Below are positions 61,300 through 64,000 of a stretch of 64,000 bases of DNA, in pieces. Origin of the DNA: Anthoceros angustus (Eukaryota; Plantae; Anthocerotophyta); assembly GCA_010909165.1 (NCBI GenBank), contig MU008162.1, positions 186,001 through 250,000 on the forward strand, given 5' to 3'. The notes under the pieces were generated by a model. The model was not told the DNA's origin and ran no database searches. It saw only the letters and a list, made by a program, of their open reading frames with translations. Within the stretch, counting starts at the first letter, position 1, and every line of letters starts with the position of its first letter. A program made the position numbers and the translations under genes.

Positions 61300-62244
61300 G
61301 CCCCCTCACAGGCCGGAACCGCAACCCCGCGGCTCCCACACACAAACCGACCACGCAATTCCCCTTCTCCCAAAACTCACGCAGCTGGTGCGCTGCAAGC
61401 TCCGCTGCATCCAACCAAGGATCGGACGAAAGCACGCAGACCGCGCATGCTTCCAGCCTTAAAGATTCCCCCGAACCCTGAGCGATTCCTAACTCACAAC
61501 CACCAATACGGTGCCGCAAACCGCCTCCCATGCAAGCGCTCCATTCCCCGGACCTGCTCTTGCTCCTTCCCCCTCGATCCTTCCTCCTTCCTCCTTGCTC
61601 CGGCCGGACATCCGAACCCTCGGCTTGCACCGACCTTCACGCCGGAACCCGGAAATGTGGAGAGAAACGCTTCCAAACTTGTGGGAGAATTTGTATGAGA
61701 GTTATGAACACGGCGCCATGCTGGTTTAGTGTCAAGAAAGCGGGAGATTGCGGAAGGGACGAAGCGTGGGGTGTGGGCTCGGGCTCGGGCTCGGGCTCAG
61801 CAGGCGCTCAGAGTCCGCAGCCGGTGCGATCGCAGAGCGCGAACATGGCAGGCACTGGAGGAAGGACCGGACGAGCCCGCCACAACGGCCGCGTGACGGC
61901 AGAGGCGGATCGTCATGTTGGTAAGGCCTGGGTGAAAGTGAGATACAGCCTGCTGTGCTGTGCGCTGCGCGGCAGCCTACCATAACAGTGACCGTTAGAT
62001 TTGTTAGCGGCCCCACCAGCGGTGCCTTTCTCTGTAGACGCCCACCTTCAACCGAGCTCGCAAGTGGACCTGGATCGTCCAACCAGGCAATGCACGCACT
62101 TTGCACACAATGCCGATTCATTCCATGCTTTCGGCCAGGCCGAGAGATATTCCATGGAGGATGTATCTACCTGGCAGGAAGTACATTGTTGGTTTTGATT
62201 CGTTGCCATGGGGAGAGGAGGAAGTGAATTGCATTGAGGTGAGT

Positions 62245-64000
62245 TCATCCAAAGCCCTTGCCTTTCTTCTCAGATCTCAAGGGAGAGGCTGCCCTCTTTT
62301 CTCTTTCCAGGGAGGCCAGCCTCGACCAGCAGCTGTTGATGAGGTCCAGCAGGAGCTGCTTCTTGTTCAGTCGGTAGGAGATGGCCAGATTCCGGGTTGG
62401 AGATGCCGCTTCTTCCTTGCTGCTGCGGAGGAGGAGGTCCTGGTCTTCCACAGCTGTGGTTGGGAAGCGGCTGAGCAGCATTGCACAGAGTGCTACCAGA
62501 GTTTGCAGGACGTTGGACTCGTTCACAATGCCCAGGGGGGCATCAGGCCCCCAGTCCTGGAGAGCATCCAGGCTCTTGTTTCGTAGGCTGGCAGCATCGT
62601 CTGCGAAGAGCACGCGGAGAGCTGCGAGAAGGCGGCCGTCGACTTGCGATCGCCCCAAGGTTGTCTGAACAGGTACCATGCTCATGGGGATCAGCAGGGA
62701 AGAGGAGAGGAGATTTGAGAACGAGGTGAGTGTGGTGTTGGCATGAGAGCTTACCATGAGACCTGCACCGGCACCTTGTAGGCGGAGCTGGACGAAGATG
62801 GCCTGCTGCCATGGGGCCGGGGAGGCAAAGCTTGCAAGCTTGCTAGGCTGCTTCACACCTGCAGCAGCCCGAGCTTCGTCCAGCATGGACAGCACCACAT
62901 CAAACCTGAGATCCACTGTGTCGTGCGGGTTGTTTGGAAGGACGAAGCCGTAGTCCAGGAGAAGAAAGTCGTTGCTCAGAGGACCGTAGTTCAACACGAT
63001 GGGAGCACCTTCAACCAGGTCCTCCTCAGCTACAACCTGTACAAGAAAGAAGCTGTACATTAACAACAACAACACAGCCATGTATACTTCTCTGTTCAGC
63101 TCGTAAATGAGCCAGGTACGTCACCTGGAGAGCGAAATCCCCTCCTTCACCGTCATCCATGTTCTGCTGCTCCAGTCTGGCGTTGGCGTGGAAACTGTGG
63201 TTACACATGTCGACAAGAGGCAGCAGCTTCCGACTGCCGCTTCCATCATCCAGCTGCTTCGAGGTCTGAACTCTGAATGCCCTGCTTGAGACCGCAGCCA
63301 TGGCCCAGCCCAGTGATCCGGCATCCACGTCCAGGTTGCAGAAGGGATGACTTGCGTCATCCAGGCCCCCGAGAACTGAGGGAATGTCATGCTTCGCAAA
63401 CTGGAGCAGGAATTTGCACCTCTTGTTCACCTGCCCACCACCCAGCCCAAGCAAGGATTTCAACATCATCCCAAGGTGGCATGGCACCCACCAACACAGC
63501 CAATTTACATGCTTCTTTCCAGACCTGCTGTATCAAGGGAGGGTACTGCAAACTGGCAATGTCCTCTCCGGAGAAGAAGATGGGCACACTGAAGCGCTGT
63601 GGCAAGATGCTGATGTAAGGCCACCAGAAGGACTCCACCTTGGCCCTCTCTGCCAGCAGCTTGAGGCCCAGCTTGAGCGTCCACAGCTCCTCTGCCACAG
63701 GCTCGAGTCAGAGAGGCTTGCCCGCGGATCCTGTTGCGGCAAAATCAAATCCAGAGCACATCAACCTCCCTCCACGCCGCAATCGGCTCTGCAGCTACCA
63801 GCAGCTTGCAAGAAAGCTCACCTGGCACCCGGTCCGTAAGCCGGCGCAGAGCCCGGTCGGCAGCAGCGTCGGACGCTGCCGGCGGCAGGGACAGCAGCAG
63901 CTGCGAGGGCAGGCTGATGAGCCTGTGCCCCGCCTGCGCAGGCCGGGCAGCCACCAGGCCCAGCCCGTCTCCATCGCGCTCCACCCTCAAGCCCGGCCAC
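62245..64000 (-). CDS. SET-domain protein of the Rubisco LSMT family; 5' end outside window
   Basis: FWWPYISILP, WAMAAVSSRAF, LLPLVDMCNHS, LNYGPLSNDFLLLDYGF, VDGRLLAALR; multiple introns. Confidence 0.88.

Overview
Nuclear DNA of a seed-free land plant. Two DYW:KP-type (GRP-like and DRH-ending) RNA-editing PPR genes, a microbial-type terpene synthase, short GT-AG introns and tight gene packing point to a hornwort, or less likely a lycophyte or fern; this is inference only. About 16 protein-coding loci are supported: three PLS-class PPR genes, two plastid-type GNATs, a BC10/DUF266 glycosyltransferase, a membrane RING protein, a bacterial-type GST-like gene, a motif-dead DDX18/HAS1-like helicase, a Tri5-like terpene synthase, a CYP85-clan P450, SDH1, LYRM1-like, PDRP, TRPC4AP-like and a Rubisco-LSMT-family SET protein. 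They are interleaved with copia, gypsy, LINE, TIR and CACTA relics, minisatellites and local gene-fragment copies. Most notable: (1) both DYW:KP PPRs carry an N-terminal OSB-type PDF ssDNA-binding-like motif, giving a PDF-PPR-DYW:KP architecture; (2) a plastid-targeted-looking fungal-type terpene synthase sits tail-to-tail with an intact P450, a candidate biosynthetic pair; (3) SDH1 has a 383-bp out-of-frame internal duplication that looks like an assembly artefact. No tools were run. Family calls come from motif recognition, and splice sites and repeat boundaries were read by eye and are approximate.
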